Source: an uncultured delta proteobacterium (GTDB taxonomy: Bacteria; Myxococcota_A; Polyangia; Polyangiales; Polyangiaceae). From it: a stretch of DNA of 64,000 nt. The stretch lies in NCBI GenBank assembly GCA_963696385.1, contig CAVOKF010000003.1:704001-768000 (forward strand), written 5' to 3'. The first letter of the stretch is position 1. The number at the start of each line of letters is the position of its first letter. The notes below the pieces were generated by a model. That model made no database searches. It saw nothing but the letters and a program-made list of their open reading frames with translations, and was not told the origin of the DNA. Positions 30,304-40,056 of the stretch are shown here, piece after piece. Both the position numbers and the translations under genes were made by a program.

Positions 30304-33300
30304 GTCTGTCGTCGCCATTCATACGACGGCCCGTGGCGACGTCGTTGCTCGCCGCCGCAATCTTGCTCGCCGGGACTCTGGCCTATACCCACCTGGCGGT
30401 CGCCCCCCTGCCGCGGGTCGACTTCCCCACCATTCAGGTGCAAGCCCAGCTTCCCGGCGCGAGCCCCGAAACGATGGCGTCGTCGGTGGCGACGCCGCTC
30501 GAGCGACGGTTCGGTCGTATCGCGGGACTGACCGAGATGACGTCCACCAGCACTCTGGGCTCGACCTCCATCACCCTGCAATTCGATCTCCAACTCAACG
30601 TCGATGCGGCGGCGCGCGACGTCCAAGCCGCCATCGCCGCGGCGGGAGGCGAGCTGCCCCCCAACCTGCCCCTCAAGCCGACCTATCGAAAGGTGAACCC
30701 TGCGGATGCGCCCATCCTGATCGTCGCACTGACGAGCGACACGCTACCGCTATCGCAAGTCTTCGACACCGCAAACACCATTTTCGCGCAAAAGATTTCG
30801 CAGGTCGCGGGCGTCGGACAGGTATTCGTCGGGGGCGGCCAACAGCCCGCGGTGCGCATTCAAGTCGATCCCGAGTCGCTCGCCAGCATGGGACTCGGTA
30901 CGAACACGATCCGGACGGCCGTCAATGCCGCAACGGCCGACGAAGCCAAGGGCACGTTCGTGGGGCCGTCTCAAGCCGCGACGCTCGAGGCCAACGATCA
31001 GCTCCTCGATGCAAAAAACTACAAGCCGCTCGTCATCGCACAGAGCCCGGGTGCGACCGCGCAGCTGGGCGATCTGGCTCGCGTCTTCGAAAGCGTCGAG
31101 AACGATCGCGTGGCCGGTTGGGCGGACGGCAAGCGAGCCGTGCTGCTCATCGTTCGCAAGCAGCCGGACGCGAACATCATCGAAACGAACGAGCGCGTCA
31201 TGAAGCTTCTGCCGCAGCTCGCGCAATCCGTGTCGCCGGCCATCGACATCCAGGTGAGCAGCGATCGGACCCAGACGATCCGTGCCTCCGTTCAGGACGT
31301 CGAGCGCACCCTCATCATCAGCGTCGGCCTCGTCGTGTGCGTCGTCTTCGCGTTCCTGCGCTCTGGCCGAGCGACCCTCGTACCGGCCGTTGCGGTGCCG
31401 TTATCGCTCATCGGGACCTTCGGCGTCATGTGGCTGCTCCACTACAGCATCGACAATTTGTCGCTGATGGCGCTCACGATCTCGACGGGGTTCGTCGTCG
31501 ACGACGCGATCGTTGTGACCGAGAACATCATGAGGACCATCGATCGCGGAGAGCCGCCGATGCGTGCCGCGCTCATCGGCGCCTCGGAGATCGGGTTCAC
31601 GATCGTCTCGATCACCATCTCGCTATTGGCGGTGTTCGTACCGATTCTGCTCATGGGCGGAATCGTGGGCCGGCTGTTCCGCGAGTTCGCCGTGACGCTT
31701 AGCGTCGCGGTCGCCGCGTCGGCTGTCGTTTCATTGACGCTGACCCCGATGATGTGCTCTCGCATGATTCGCGACGAACGTCACACGGCGCACGGAACGC
31801 TGTACCGACTGTCCGAGCGCGCATTCGACTTGGCGCAAGCCTTCTATGAACGTGGGCTGCGCTGGGCGCTCGACCACCGGATCACGATGCTGTTCGTCAC
31901 GTTCGGAACGGTAGCGCTCAACGTCGCGCTCTTCTTCATCGTCCCGCCAGGGCTCTTCCCGCAACAGGATACCGGACTGCTGATCGCCACGACCGACGCC
32001 GGTCAAGACGTTTCTTTCCCGCGAATGATGCAGCTGCAGACCCAGGTGAACCGCGTCTTGACCGCGGATCCAGACGTCGATCATTACGTCGCGTTCATCG
32101 GGTCCGGCGGCCTCGGCACGAGCAACACGGGAAGTGCGTTCATCACGCTCAAACCACTTCCGCCGCGCGTGTTCAGCGCCGACCAGGTTTTGGGACGGCT
32201 TCGCGCTCGGCTCTCACATATCGCTGGAATCATGACGTACATGCAATCGCGCCAGGACGTGAGCGTGGGCGGACGTCTCAGTCGAACGCAATATCAGTAT
32301 ACGATCCAGGACGGCAACCTGGACGAGTTACGGACATGGGCACCGCGCCTATTCGACACGGTGCGCAAGCTGCCTCAAGTGAAGGACGTCTCGACCGATC
32401 AGCAAAGCGCAGGCCTGCAGCTCGACGTCACCTTGGATCGCGACACGGCCTCGAGACTCGGTATCACCGCGCAGGCCGTGGACTCCGCGCTTTACGACGC
32501 GTTCGGCCAAGAGTTCGTGGCGACGACGTTTACCCAGCTCAACGAGTACCACGTCGTCTTGGAGGTCGCCGGCGCATACCGTAGCGACCCCGGGGCGCTC
32601 GACATGATTTACGTTCCAAGCCCCACCACGGGCGCTGCGGTTCCGCTCTCGGCTATCGCAAAGACCTCGACCAGCACGACGGCGTTGTCGGTCAACCATC
32701 AAGGTCAATTCCCCTCGGTGACGATCTCGTTCAACCTCTCGCCCGGCGTCGCCCTCGGCGACGCCGTGGTCGCGATCGAGAAGGCGCAGGTCGCGATGCA
32801 TCTGCCGCCGAGCGTCTTGCCGGCATTCCAGGGAACCGCCCAGGCGTTCAAGGCATCGTTTGCCAACGAGCCCCTCCTGGTGGGAGCGGCACTCATCACC
32901 GTCTATATCGTGCTCGGCGTGCTCTACGAGAGTTACGTCCATCCGATCACGATCCTGTCGACCATTCCGTCGGCGGGGATCGGCGCGCTGATCGCGCTAC
33001 TGGTCACCGGCGGCCAGCTCGACGTCATCGCCATCGTGGGACTTCTTCTCCTCATCGGGATCGTGAAGAAAAACGCGATCCTGATGGTCGATTTTGCCAT
33101 CGAAGCGCAGCGCAAGGAGGGTACCGCGCCCGACGTGGCCATTCTCCACGCGGGGCTATTGCGATTTCGGCCCATCCTGATGACGACATGCGCCGCGCTG
33201 TTCGGCGCGCTGCCGCTCGCGTTCGGGCATGGCCTCGGTTCCGAGTTCCGTCGGCCCTTGGGGGTTGCCATCGTGGGAGGACTCATCGCTTCTCAGGCGC

Positions 33301-33419
33301 TGACGCTTTACACGACGCCGGTCGTCTATCTTTCGCTCGAACGCTGGCGGCGCGGGCGGTCGCGCCCACGCCGGGCGCCGCGACCGAAGGGGGCCCGCGC
33401 CGTTGCGCAACCGTCATGA
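30300..33419 (+). CDS. mdtC: RND efflux permease, MdtC-like
   Basis: FIRRPVATSLL, LERRFGRIAG, GFVVDDAIVVTEN, GIVKKNAILMVDF; GTGA overlap with mdtB. Confidence 0.93.
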   Translation: MSLSSPFIRRPVATSLLAAAILLAGTLAYTHLAVAPLPRVDFPTIQVQAQLPGASPETMASSVATPLERRFGRIAGLTEMTSTSTLGSTSITLQFDLQLNVDAAARDVQAAIAAAGGELPPNLPLKPTYRKVNPADAPILIVALTSDTLPLSQVFDTANTIFAQKISQVAGVGQVFVGGGQQPAVRIQVDPESLASMGLGTNTIRTAVNAATADEAKGTFVGPSQAATLEANDQLLDAKNYKPLVIAQSPGATAQLGDLARVFESVENDRVAGWADGKRAVLLIVRKQPDANIIETNERVMKLLPQLAQSVSPAIDIQVSSDRTQTIRASVQDVERTLIISVGLVVCVVFAFLRSGRATLVPAVAVPLSLIGTFGVMWLLHYSIDNLSLMALTISTGFVVDDAIVVTENIMRTIDRGEPPMRAALIGASEIGFTIVSITISLLAVFVPILLMGGIVGRLFREFAVTLSVAVAASAVVSLTLTPMMCSRMIRDERHTAHGTLYRLSERAFDLAQAFYERGLRWALDHRITMLFVTFGTVALNVALFFIVPPGLFPQQDTGLLIATTDAGQDVSFPRMMQLQTQVNRVLTADPDVDHYVAFIGSGGLGTSNTGSAFITLKPLPPRVFSADQVLGRLRARLSHIAGIMTYMQSRQDVSVGGRLSRTQYQYTIQDGNLDELRTWAPRLFDTVRKLPQVKDVSTDQQSAGLQLDVTLDRDTASRLGITAQAVDSALYDAFGQEFVATTFTQLNEYHVVLEVAGAYRSDPGALDMIYVPSPTTGAAVPLSAIAKTSTSTTALSVNHQGQFPSVTISFNLSPGVALGDAVVAIEKAQVAMHLPPSVLPAFQGTAQAFKASFANEPLLVGAALITVYIVLGVLYESYVHPITILSTIPSAGIGALIALLVTGGQLDVIAIVGLLLLIGIVKKNAILMVDFAIEAQRKEGTAPDVAILHAGLLRFRPILMTTCAALFGALPLAFGHGLGSEFRRPLGVAIVGGLIASQALTLYTTPVVYLSLERWRRGRSRPRRAPRPKGARAVAQPS

Positions 33420-33729
33420 GCCCACGAGCTGTCGGCGCGGTCTACCTTTTCGCCCGGGGGTGGAGCCCTGGACAGCACCCGTATTTTTCGTCATCGAGCC
33501 GGCTCCCGCACCGCTAAGCGACCCGCTTCAGGCCGTGAACATCGACTCACTTGGCGAGCAACGCTAACATGCGCTGCTCCGCCGACCAATGGGGCCCGTC
33601 GTTCGCCCGCCCGGTTCGACGACATGGCTCGTGATGTTCTCCACTTGCCGCGCGCGCGCTGCGCGTCCGAATGAGGCGCCTCTGGACGGCCGCGCGTACG
33701 AAAATAGGGCGTACGCCGGCAACGAACCG

Positions 33730-34743
33730 TTACGGACTGCGCATGGCTCGCGCAGTCACCGCACCGCTTGACGACTCGACCTGCAGATGGACTCCGTTGG
33801 ACTCGCCGCGAAGACCGGTGCGCGGTACGGGTGTCAAACTCGGGCTTCCGCTGCGCCGGGACAGCGATTGCATCCTGCGAAGCGCCGATGCGTTGGCGAC
33901 GACCGCAATCAACGACACTGCGACGAGTATCGGAAGCGACGTGGCCCATACGGGAAGCGCGGAATCACGTGTGAACCACGCCCACGGCACCATCAGAGCC
34001 GTCGCGACACACATGCAGACTGCGCGTTCGGGCCGTCGCATAACCCCCGGGGGGACAGGCAAACCCATCGCCTCGGCCTTCGCGCTGCTGTAACTCACCA
34101 TGAAGGAACCTGCGATAGCGAGCAGCGTCATGACCAGACCGAAGGTGAACCCACGAAAATCGACGGTGAGACCGCCCAGCAGGAAGAACTCCTGATAGCG
34201 ATCGCCCGTGGCGTCGAGGAGCGCCCCGGCCGCCGAGGCCGTATGGCTCCGCCGAGCGACGATGCCGTCGAGGGCGTCGCCTAGGGACGCGATGACGATG
34301 ACCAAGGCGGCGGGTCCAAACTGGCCGAAGCCCAAAAAAACCCCGCCGACACACCCCAGCGCGATGCACGACACGGTGATCGCGTTCGCCGATATTCCGA
34401 CCGCGACCAGGCGCTGCGCCACGGAATCAAGCACCCGGAGTACCGCACTACAGGCTGCCTCCGGAAGGACGAGGGATGCGCGGGATGCACTTCGCGGCTG
34501 CGGTTGCGTAACGGTGCCCTGAAACTGGGTGGCCATCGTCGTATTCACGCCCGAAGCGTAAGATGCCGCTTCGCCTCCACCTATCGCTTTTTTTGCTGCA
34601 GACGAGCCGCGCGCATCCAGCGACGAGGGGCGCACGGGAAGCGACGAGCCGCTGCTCAAGATGGGCCCCGATTGACCCGTCGGCTTGTTCCCCTGCGAAG
34701 CGAGCTCCGGACGGACATCGGTGGGCGACACTCCTTCAGTCAT
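33730..34743 (-). CDS. CDP-alcohol phosphatidyltransferase (PgsA/PIP-synthase-like)
   Basis: Signature DALDGIVAR...GALLDATGDR; SFMVSYSSAKAE and RRPER; long low-complexity N-terminal extension. Confidence 0.88.
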   Translation of the reverse strand: MTEGVSPTDVRPELASQGNKPTGQSGPILSSGSSLPVRPSSLDARGSSAAKKAIGGGEAASYASGVNTTMATQFQGTVTQPQPRSASRASLVLPEAACSAVLRVLDSVAQRLVAVGISANAITVSCIALGCVGGVFLGFGQFGPAALVIVIASLGDALDGIVARRSHTASAAGALLDATGDRYQEFFLLGGLTVDFRGFTFGLVMTLLAIAGSFMVSYSSAKAEAMGLPVPPGVMRRPERAVCMCVATALMVPWAWFTRDSALPVWATSLPILVAVSLIAVVANASALRRMQSLSRRSGSPSLTPVPRTGLRGESNGVHLQVESSSGAVTARAMRSP

Positions 34744-35250
34744 CGTAGTGCGGGCGGCGCGAGGTCGATGCATCACCTATCCGAGTCCATGCAAGAGTCG
34801 GTGCATCCATGCAGGTGGCACAATCGCACAGGAATGCGCGCTCTGTCGCGTGGAAGCCGAATGAGCTCGTACAAACCTCGCTGCATGCAACCTCGGGTAC
34901 GCGGCATGCGTGTAAACGCCCGTACTCTCGTCCTATGCGACGCAAACCCTCTATGCGAGGAAAACGAGCCGGTCGAGTGCCCAGCGCCGCCAGAAGCGCC
35001 TCTACGGGGAGCCCATTAATTCGATCGACTTCGGTCCTTGTCTTGGGCGATAGTGATTCATTTGTCGTCGTGCCGGTGGGTACGACACGGCGAGATATCC
35101 GACCGAGCCGAAAACGCTCGCATCGATCCCATCGAACCGCGCAACCATCCTCGCACCCTCGTCCCTTCAAGCGGATCGTCGATGTTCCGGGTGGGCCCCG
35201 GGCTCGGCGCGCGTCTTGCGCGGCACAAGATCGGACCCTAAGCGTCATCC

Positions 35251-35814
35251 ATGGCGACCGAGTCGCTCGTTCACATCGCAGTCCTACGGAACGTCAGCCC
35301 ACGGCGGGGCGTCCTGACCATTCTCGGGGCGAGCGCCGCAACGCTCGCGGCCCTTTTGGTGGTCATCTACGGACACGGCCGCACCGAATCTCCGCCCGCT
35401 TGGATTGCATGGCTGCCCGCCGTCAATGCGTTCCTCAATGCGACGAGCGCCGCGCTGCTCATTGCGGGGGCGCTTGCGGTCCGCCGACGCGCATTTGCAC
35501 AGCATGCGCGGTTCATGCTCGCGGCGCTGTTCGCATCTGCCCTATTTCTTGTCTCGTACATCCTCTATCACGCGGTGCGCGGCGACACGCGGTTCCTGGG
35601 GCATGGCGCGGTGCGGCTCGCCTATTTCTTCGTTCTCGTCTCGCACGTCGTCTTGTCCGCGCTCGTGCTGCCGCTCATTTTTTCTAGCCTGTTCTTTTCT
35701 CTGTCGGGCCGCTTCCGTAATCACAGAAACATTTCCCGCTATACCCTTCCGGTCTGGCTCTACGTCTCAGTCACCGGTGTGGTCGTCTTCGTGATGTTGC
35801 GTCTCTACGGGTGA
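35251..35814 (+). CDS. DUF420-family membrane protein
   Basis: LPAVNAFLNATS, LFLVSYILYH, SHVVLS, WLYVSVTGV. Confidence 0.88.
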   Translation: MATESLVHIAVLRNVSPRRGVLTILGASAATLAALLVVIYGHGRTESPPAWIAWLPAVNAFLNATSAALLIAGALAVRRRAFAQHARFMLAALFASALFLVSYILYHAVRGDTRFLGHGAVRLAYFFVLVSHVVLSALVLPLIFSSLFFSLSGRFRNHRNISRYTLPVWLYVSVTGVVVFVMLRLYG

Positions 35815-36696
35815 TCGAATCGTGCGGCGGCTGCGGCCACTGGCCACTTTTCTTTGGTCTCGCCGCGCGACGTGGTACCTACGCCGAATATCATCGATAT
35901 CGGCCGTAGGCACCGGGGTCTTCATCCTGAGCGATTCGAGCGTTTGCACCAAGATTGTGCCGATGGCGAGATTGCGAAACCATTTGCGATCGGCCGGGAT
36001 GACAAACCAGGGCGCGTTGTCCGTGCTCGTCCGGCTGAGGGCTTCGTCGTAGGCCTTCACGTACTCGGGCCATAATTTCCGCTCGATATAATCGGCCTCG
36101 CTAATTTTCCACTGACGCTTCGGATCGACCAGGCGTTGCTTGAAACGCCGAAGCTGCTCTTCATCGCTGATGTGCAGAAAGAATTTGAGGATGTGCGTGC
36201 CACCTTGAGCAAGATTTTTTTCGAAGTCGTTGATCCGGTCGTAGCGCTTCGACCAGACGTCTTTGGGGACGAGCCCGTGGACACGCGCGACCAGCACGTC
36301 TTCGTAGTGTGACCGATTGAAGACCACGACCTCGCCCCTCGCAGGCGCGTGTTGGTGCGCGCGCCACAAAAAGTCATGCGAAGCCTCGAGCGTGGAGGGC
36401 ACTTTGAACGCGTGCACGCGAGCACCCTGTGGGTTCATGGCGCCGAGAACGTGACGAATCGTACCGTCTTTGCCCGCGGCATCCAGCCCCTGCAAGCAGA
36501 TCAGAAGCGAGCGCCGGTTCTCGGCGTAAATCAAATACTGGAGCTCAGCGAGCCGCTGCACGCATCTTGCAAGATCGTCTTGCGAGGACGCCTTGCTATC
36601 GTGTGGTGCCTTGAAGCCCGGATCGATCGAAGAGAGATCGACCTTGCTCCCTGGCATTACCATCAAGTGCTTGCGATAGTCCATGTTCGACGCCAT
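35767..36696 (-). CDS. ppk2: polyphosphate kinase 2 (class III-like polyP:nucleotide phosphotransferase)
   Basis: LQGLDAAGKDG, HDFLWR, FNRSHYEDV, KFFLHIS, APWFVIPAD; RBS AAGGAG before ATG 36696. Confidence 0.93.
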   Translation of the reverse strand: MASNMDYRKHLMVMPGSKVDLSSIDPGFKAPHDSKASSQDDLARCVQRLAELQYLIYAENRRSLLICLQGLDAAGKDGTIRHVLGAMNPQGARVHAFKVPSTLEASHDFLWRAHQHAPARGEVVVFNRSHYEDVLVARVHGLVPKDVWSKRYDRINDFEKNLAQGGTHILKFFLHISDEEQLRRFKQRLVDPKRQWKISEADYIERKLWPEYVKAYDEALSRTSTDNAPWFVIPADRKWFRNLAIGTILVQTLESLRMKTPVPTADIDDIRRRYHVARRDQRKVASGRSRRTIRSPVETQHHEDDHTGD

Positions 36697-36716
36697 GACG
36701 CTCTCCTTCGGGTGGG

Positions 36717-37355
36717 TCAAGGTCGCCAGCGCTCCGCGTCGCGTTCAGGATCTCGACGACTCCCGGCGTCCAACGCGCCGTGATCGAGTTCACGGACGAC
36801 TCTGGCGGGCACGCCAGCAACGAGCGTGTTGGGCGCGACATCGCGCGTGACCACGGCGCCGGCAGCGACCACCGCGCCTTTGCCAACGCGGACACCCGGC
36901 AAGATCGTAACGCACGATGCGATCCACGCGCCGTCGCCGATGTCAATTGGCGCCATAACGGTCAACCCGCAACGGAAGTCGGGCGAGCCGATCTCATGGT
37001 TTCGCGTCAACAGGACCACGTGGTGCCCCAGACGCACCCGATTGCCGATGCGCACATGGGCTCCAAGGTCGACGTGAAGCGGGCCGGTAATGAATGTATC
37101 CGCGCCGATCGACAGGTGTTCAACGCTCGTCCCGGCTCCGGTGAGTTCGAGCGGGCCCATGAGGAGGGAGCGTGCGCCGATTCGAACGCCGGTGGCCCGA
37201 ACGACCGCGGTACGGGTGCGATTGAAGCTGAACTGCGGAAGGGCGCGTGAAATGACTCGGCCGATCGCCTTGCGCGGATCAAACCCGATCTCCTCGAGAA
37301 CGCGTTCGCGCATGGCCCTGAGGCGCTCCGGCACTCTCGAACCAACGGGTGGCAT
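36717..37355 (-). CDS. hexapeptide-repeat (LbH) O-acetyltransferase, maltose acetyltransferase-like
   Basis: LLTRNHEIG, IGDGAWIA, ILPGVRVGKGAVVAAGAVVTRDV...AGVPAR; start approximate. Confidence 0.88.
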   Translation of the reverse strand: MPPVGSRVPERLRAMRERVLEEIGFDPRKAIGRVISRALPQFSFNRTRTAVVRATGVRIGARSLLMGPLELTGAGTSVEHLSIGADTFITGPLHVDLGAHVRIGNRVRLGHHVVLLTRNHEIGSPDFRCGLTVMAPIDIGDGAWIASCVTILPGVRVGKGAVVAAGAVVTRDVAPNTLVAGVPARVVRELDHGALDAGSRRDPERDAERWRP

Positions 37356-37467
37356 TTTTTGCCATGAACCATGAACTCGTCGCAAGCGCAAGGCCGGTGT
37401 GGCCCACTTGATGGCGACCTCGTCGTATGTTGCAGTTTCCCCCCTCGGAGGTCACGCTTGCTACTTC

Positions 37468-37908
37468 GTGATTCCGATCGCCCCTAGCGCCGCCCGTTCG
37501 AACGCCCATCCGGCCGTTCTCTTCGACGGGGTCTGCAAACTCTGCGATGCCGCGGTGCTCTTCTTGATCGACCGGGATCCTCGCGCGATCTTGAGGTTTG
37601 CGTCGCTCCAATCCGACACCGCACGCGAATTGCTCGAGAGCGTCGGCGGGACGGTGGAAACCGACCCGCCCAAGAGCATCCTCCTGGTGGAGAATGGACG
37701 GGTGTACGAACGATCTACGGCCGCGCTGCGCATCGCCCGCCACTTGGAGGGCGCCTGGAAGCTCTTGGGCCTGCTCCTCGTCGTTCCCGCTCCGGTGCGA
37801 GACCTCGTCTATCGATGGATCGCGTCCAACCGGTACCGTTGGTTCGGACGGTCGCCGACCTGCCGGGTCCCCACGCCGCAGATCCGCGCTCGGTTTCTCG
37901 ACGGATAG
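37468..37908 (+). CDS. DCC1-like thiol-disulfide oxidoreductase (DUF393)
   Basis: VLFDGVCKLC, FASLQS, RDLVYRWIASNRYRWFG. Confidence 0.9.
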   Translation: MIPIAPSAARSNAHPAVLFDGVCKLCDAAVLFLIDRDPRAILRFASLQSDTARELLESVGGTVETDPPKSILLVENGRVYERSTAALRIARHLEGAWKLLGLLLVVPAPVRDLVYRWIASNRYRWFGRSPTCRVPTPQIRARFLDG

Positions 37909-38152
37909 CGTGTTCAACGGCCGTCGCAGAGCGATTCGAGGCTACGAAGGCCACGCGGTCGCGTAGGACGTACGTGGAGCGAGGCCGACCGACGCGTCGA
38001 ACCGGGCAGCAGGCCGTTGAACACGCTTTGAGCCGGGTGATCCGCTTGCCGGCACGCGCGAGCGCGATGGCGGAATGCGGTCGGGGTGACTCCTTCTCCG
38101 TTGCACGTCGCGTTCCGCGACAAATGACCACCGCCGCCCTCCGACGAAGTCG

Positions 38153-39236
38153 TCACCGGCTCAGCTCGAGAAGCAGATCGGCAATCCGGTTCGCATTTTT
38201 GTCCATGTCGAAGCAATCCTCGCCGACGCGTCTCGAGGACCGCCCCATGCGAGCACGTAGGTCCGGAGATGCCGCGAGACGCTCGAGGCGGTCCCGCAGC
38301 GCTTCGGCGTCGCCCGATTCGATGACGAAGCCGCTCTGCCCGTCCGTGATCGCCTCGGGAATGGCCGCGACGCGGGTGGTTACAATCGGAAGGCTCGAGG
38401 CCATGGCCTCGGAAAGAACGACTCCGAAGCAATCCGCACGGGTCGGGAAAGCGAACACGTCCGCTTCGGCATAAAGCGCGAGCAGAATCGGGCGAATGAG
38501 GCTTAATCCCGCGATAGCTCCACACGCCATCCCCGGTTGGAATGTCCGCGTTCGTCACCATGTGGAGCTCGCACGACCGTCGAAGATGCTTCCGGAAGAC
38601 GTCCAACAGGAGATCGCCCCCTTTGCGTACGAAATCGCCGCCCACGAAGAGAATGCGCATCGGACCGGGACGCCGGGGACCCCTCGTGCTCGGGTCCGGG
38701 AAGTTCGAAAGTGTCGTGCCCGGGGGGATGACCGAGACCGCATCCGCCGCGACTCCGTAATCGCGAACCAGCGAATCCTTGGCCCACTGCGACCACGTCG
38801 TAACCGTGCGCGCCCGCCGCATGACTGCGCGGTGGACGAGCAGCTTGGCACGCTCGACCCAACGGTTCTGCTTCTTGTGCCCGTACCAGGCCCCGAGCTC
38901 GTCGTAGTTCAGAGGAGTCGCGTCCAGCGACAGCATCGTCGGAATCGCGCGCATGTAGTCCAGCGACAGCAGGCCAATCATCGACGTGTGAACGAAGAGC
39001 GCGTCAAGCGGTCGCCTCCGATGCGCGCCGGCAATCTGGCGCCGCGCACGGACGTTTCCTCGCAGCGCATAGCTCTTGCCGAGCAGAGGGACGCGTCCGA
39101 ACCCTTCGTCGTCGAAGGAGACCTCGAGCCATTCGCACTCGATGTCGCCACGCTTCGAGAGGGCTTGCCGAAGGCTCATGCCGTACGCGACGTGACCAAG
39201 TGCCTGTTCGAGGACAAATCCGACGCGCGGCTTCAT
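38153..39236 (-). CDS. GT4 glycosyltransferase (+1 frameshift near 38486)
   Basis: ILFVGGDFVRKGG in one frame; ADVFAFPTRADCFGVVLSEAMASSLP in the other. Confidence 0.9.
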
Positions 39237-39426
39237 GTCGGCCGTGTCGAATCTACTGCAGTCACGGCTCGAATCAACGCGCACGGCCAAGTCCGCAAGC
39301 AACCTGCTGTAGACGAAACCCCCGCGTGCGGACTGGCCGGGGAGCGAGAGATTCCAATTCACGAGACACAAGCTGCCGTGCTTCTTGCGTTGAGTAACGT
39401 TGGCGACTAAAAAGACTCTTGCACAT

Positions 39427-40038
39427 ATGCGTTGGTCAGCGCGACGCCCGTTCTTGGTGGCGGGCTTGCTCGCCGCAGGGTTTGCCGCGAGCGGCTGCGC
39501 CGGCCCAGGCGCGTATGTTTGGTTCGAGTCCCTGCCGCCGGACACGGGACCGGCCAGTCACGAGTACCTCATTGGCATCGGCGACGTCGTCAGCATCCAC
39601 GTGTTCGGCCATGAAGAGATGACTCTCCGCCAACGCGTGCGGTCCGATGGCCGGGTGTCGGTGCTGCTGATCGGGGACGTCGAGGCCAAAGGAAAGCACC
39701 CGAGCGCGCTTAAAGCGGAGCTCGAAGGACGGTTGAAGGACTATTTCGTATCCCCCAGCGTGGTGGTCAACATCGAAGAAACGCAACCGCTGACCGTGCT
39801 GCTGATGGGCGAGGTTGCGCGACCCGGCGCTTATGCGCTCGATTTGGATCCGCGCCTGGCCCACGCGTTGGCGCTCGGCGGTGGCCTGACCGATTATGCA
39901 TCGCGGTCGAGCATCTTCGTCGTACGAAGCGACCCGACTCCGATGCGAATCCGATTCCGGTTCGAGTCCATTTACCGGAACATCGGAGGCGCAGGGGAAT
40001 TCCAACTGCATCGCGGGGACCTTGTGGAGGTCGAGTAG
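39427..40038 (+). CDS. short polysaccharide export OPX/Wza-like lipoprotein
   Basis: Lipobox ASGC; Poly_export YLIGIGD...VRSDGRVS...GDVEAKG; SLBB GEVARPG...ALALGGG; ends GDLVEVE with no OM helix. Confidence 0.9.
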   Translation: MRWSARRPFLVAGLLAAGFAASGCAGPGAYVWFESLPPDTGPASHEYLIGIGDVVSIHVFGHEEMTLRQRVRSDGRVSVLLIGDVEAKGKHPSALKAELEGRLKDYFVSPSVVVNIEETQPLTVLLMGEVARPGAYALDLDPRLAHALALGGGLTDYASRSSIFVVRSDPTPMRIRFRFESIYRNIGGAGEFQLHRGDLVEVE

Positions 40039-40056
40039 CGCCGATCGCGCCCAATC

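Noticed and set aside
33650..33720. Hairpins with ATGAG and GAAA resembling a hammerhead ribozyme
   Set aside because: Core CUGANGA absent and stems do not close; more likely ordinary hairpins between convergent genes.
34905..34970. GACGCAAA resembling part of a c-di-GMP-I riboswitch
   Set aside because: No GGCAAA...GAAA tetraloop hairpin before it and no matching second stem.
39374..39389. TGCCGTGCTTCTTGCG sigma-54-like motif before the OPX gene
   Set aside because: The invariant GG at -24 reads GC.
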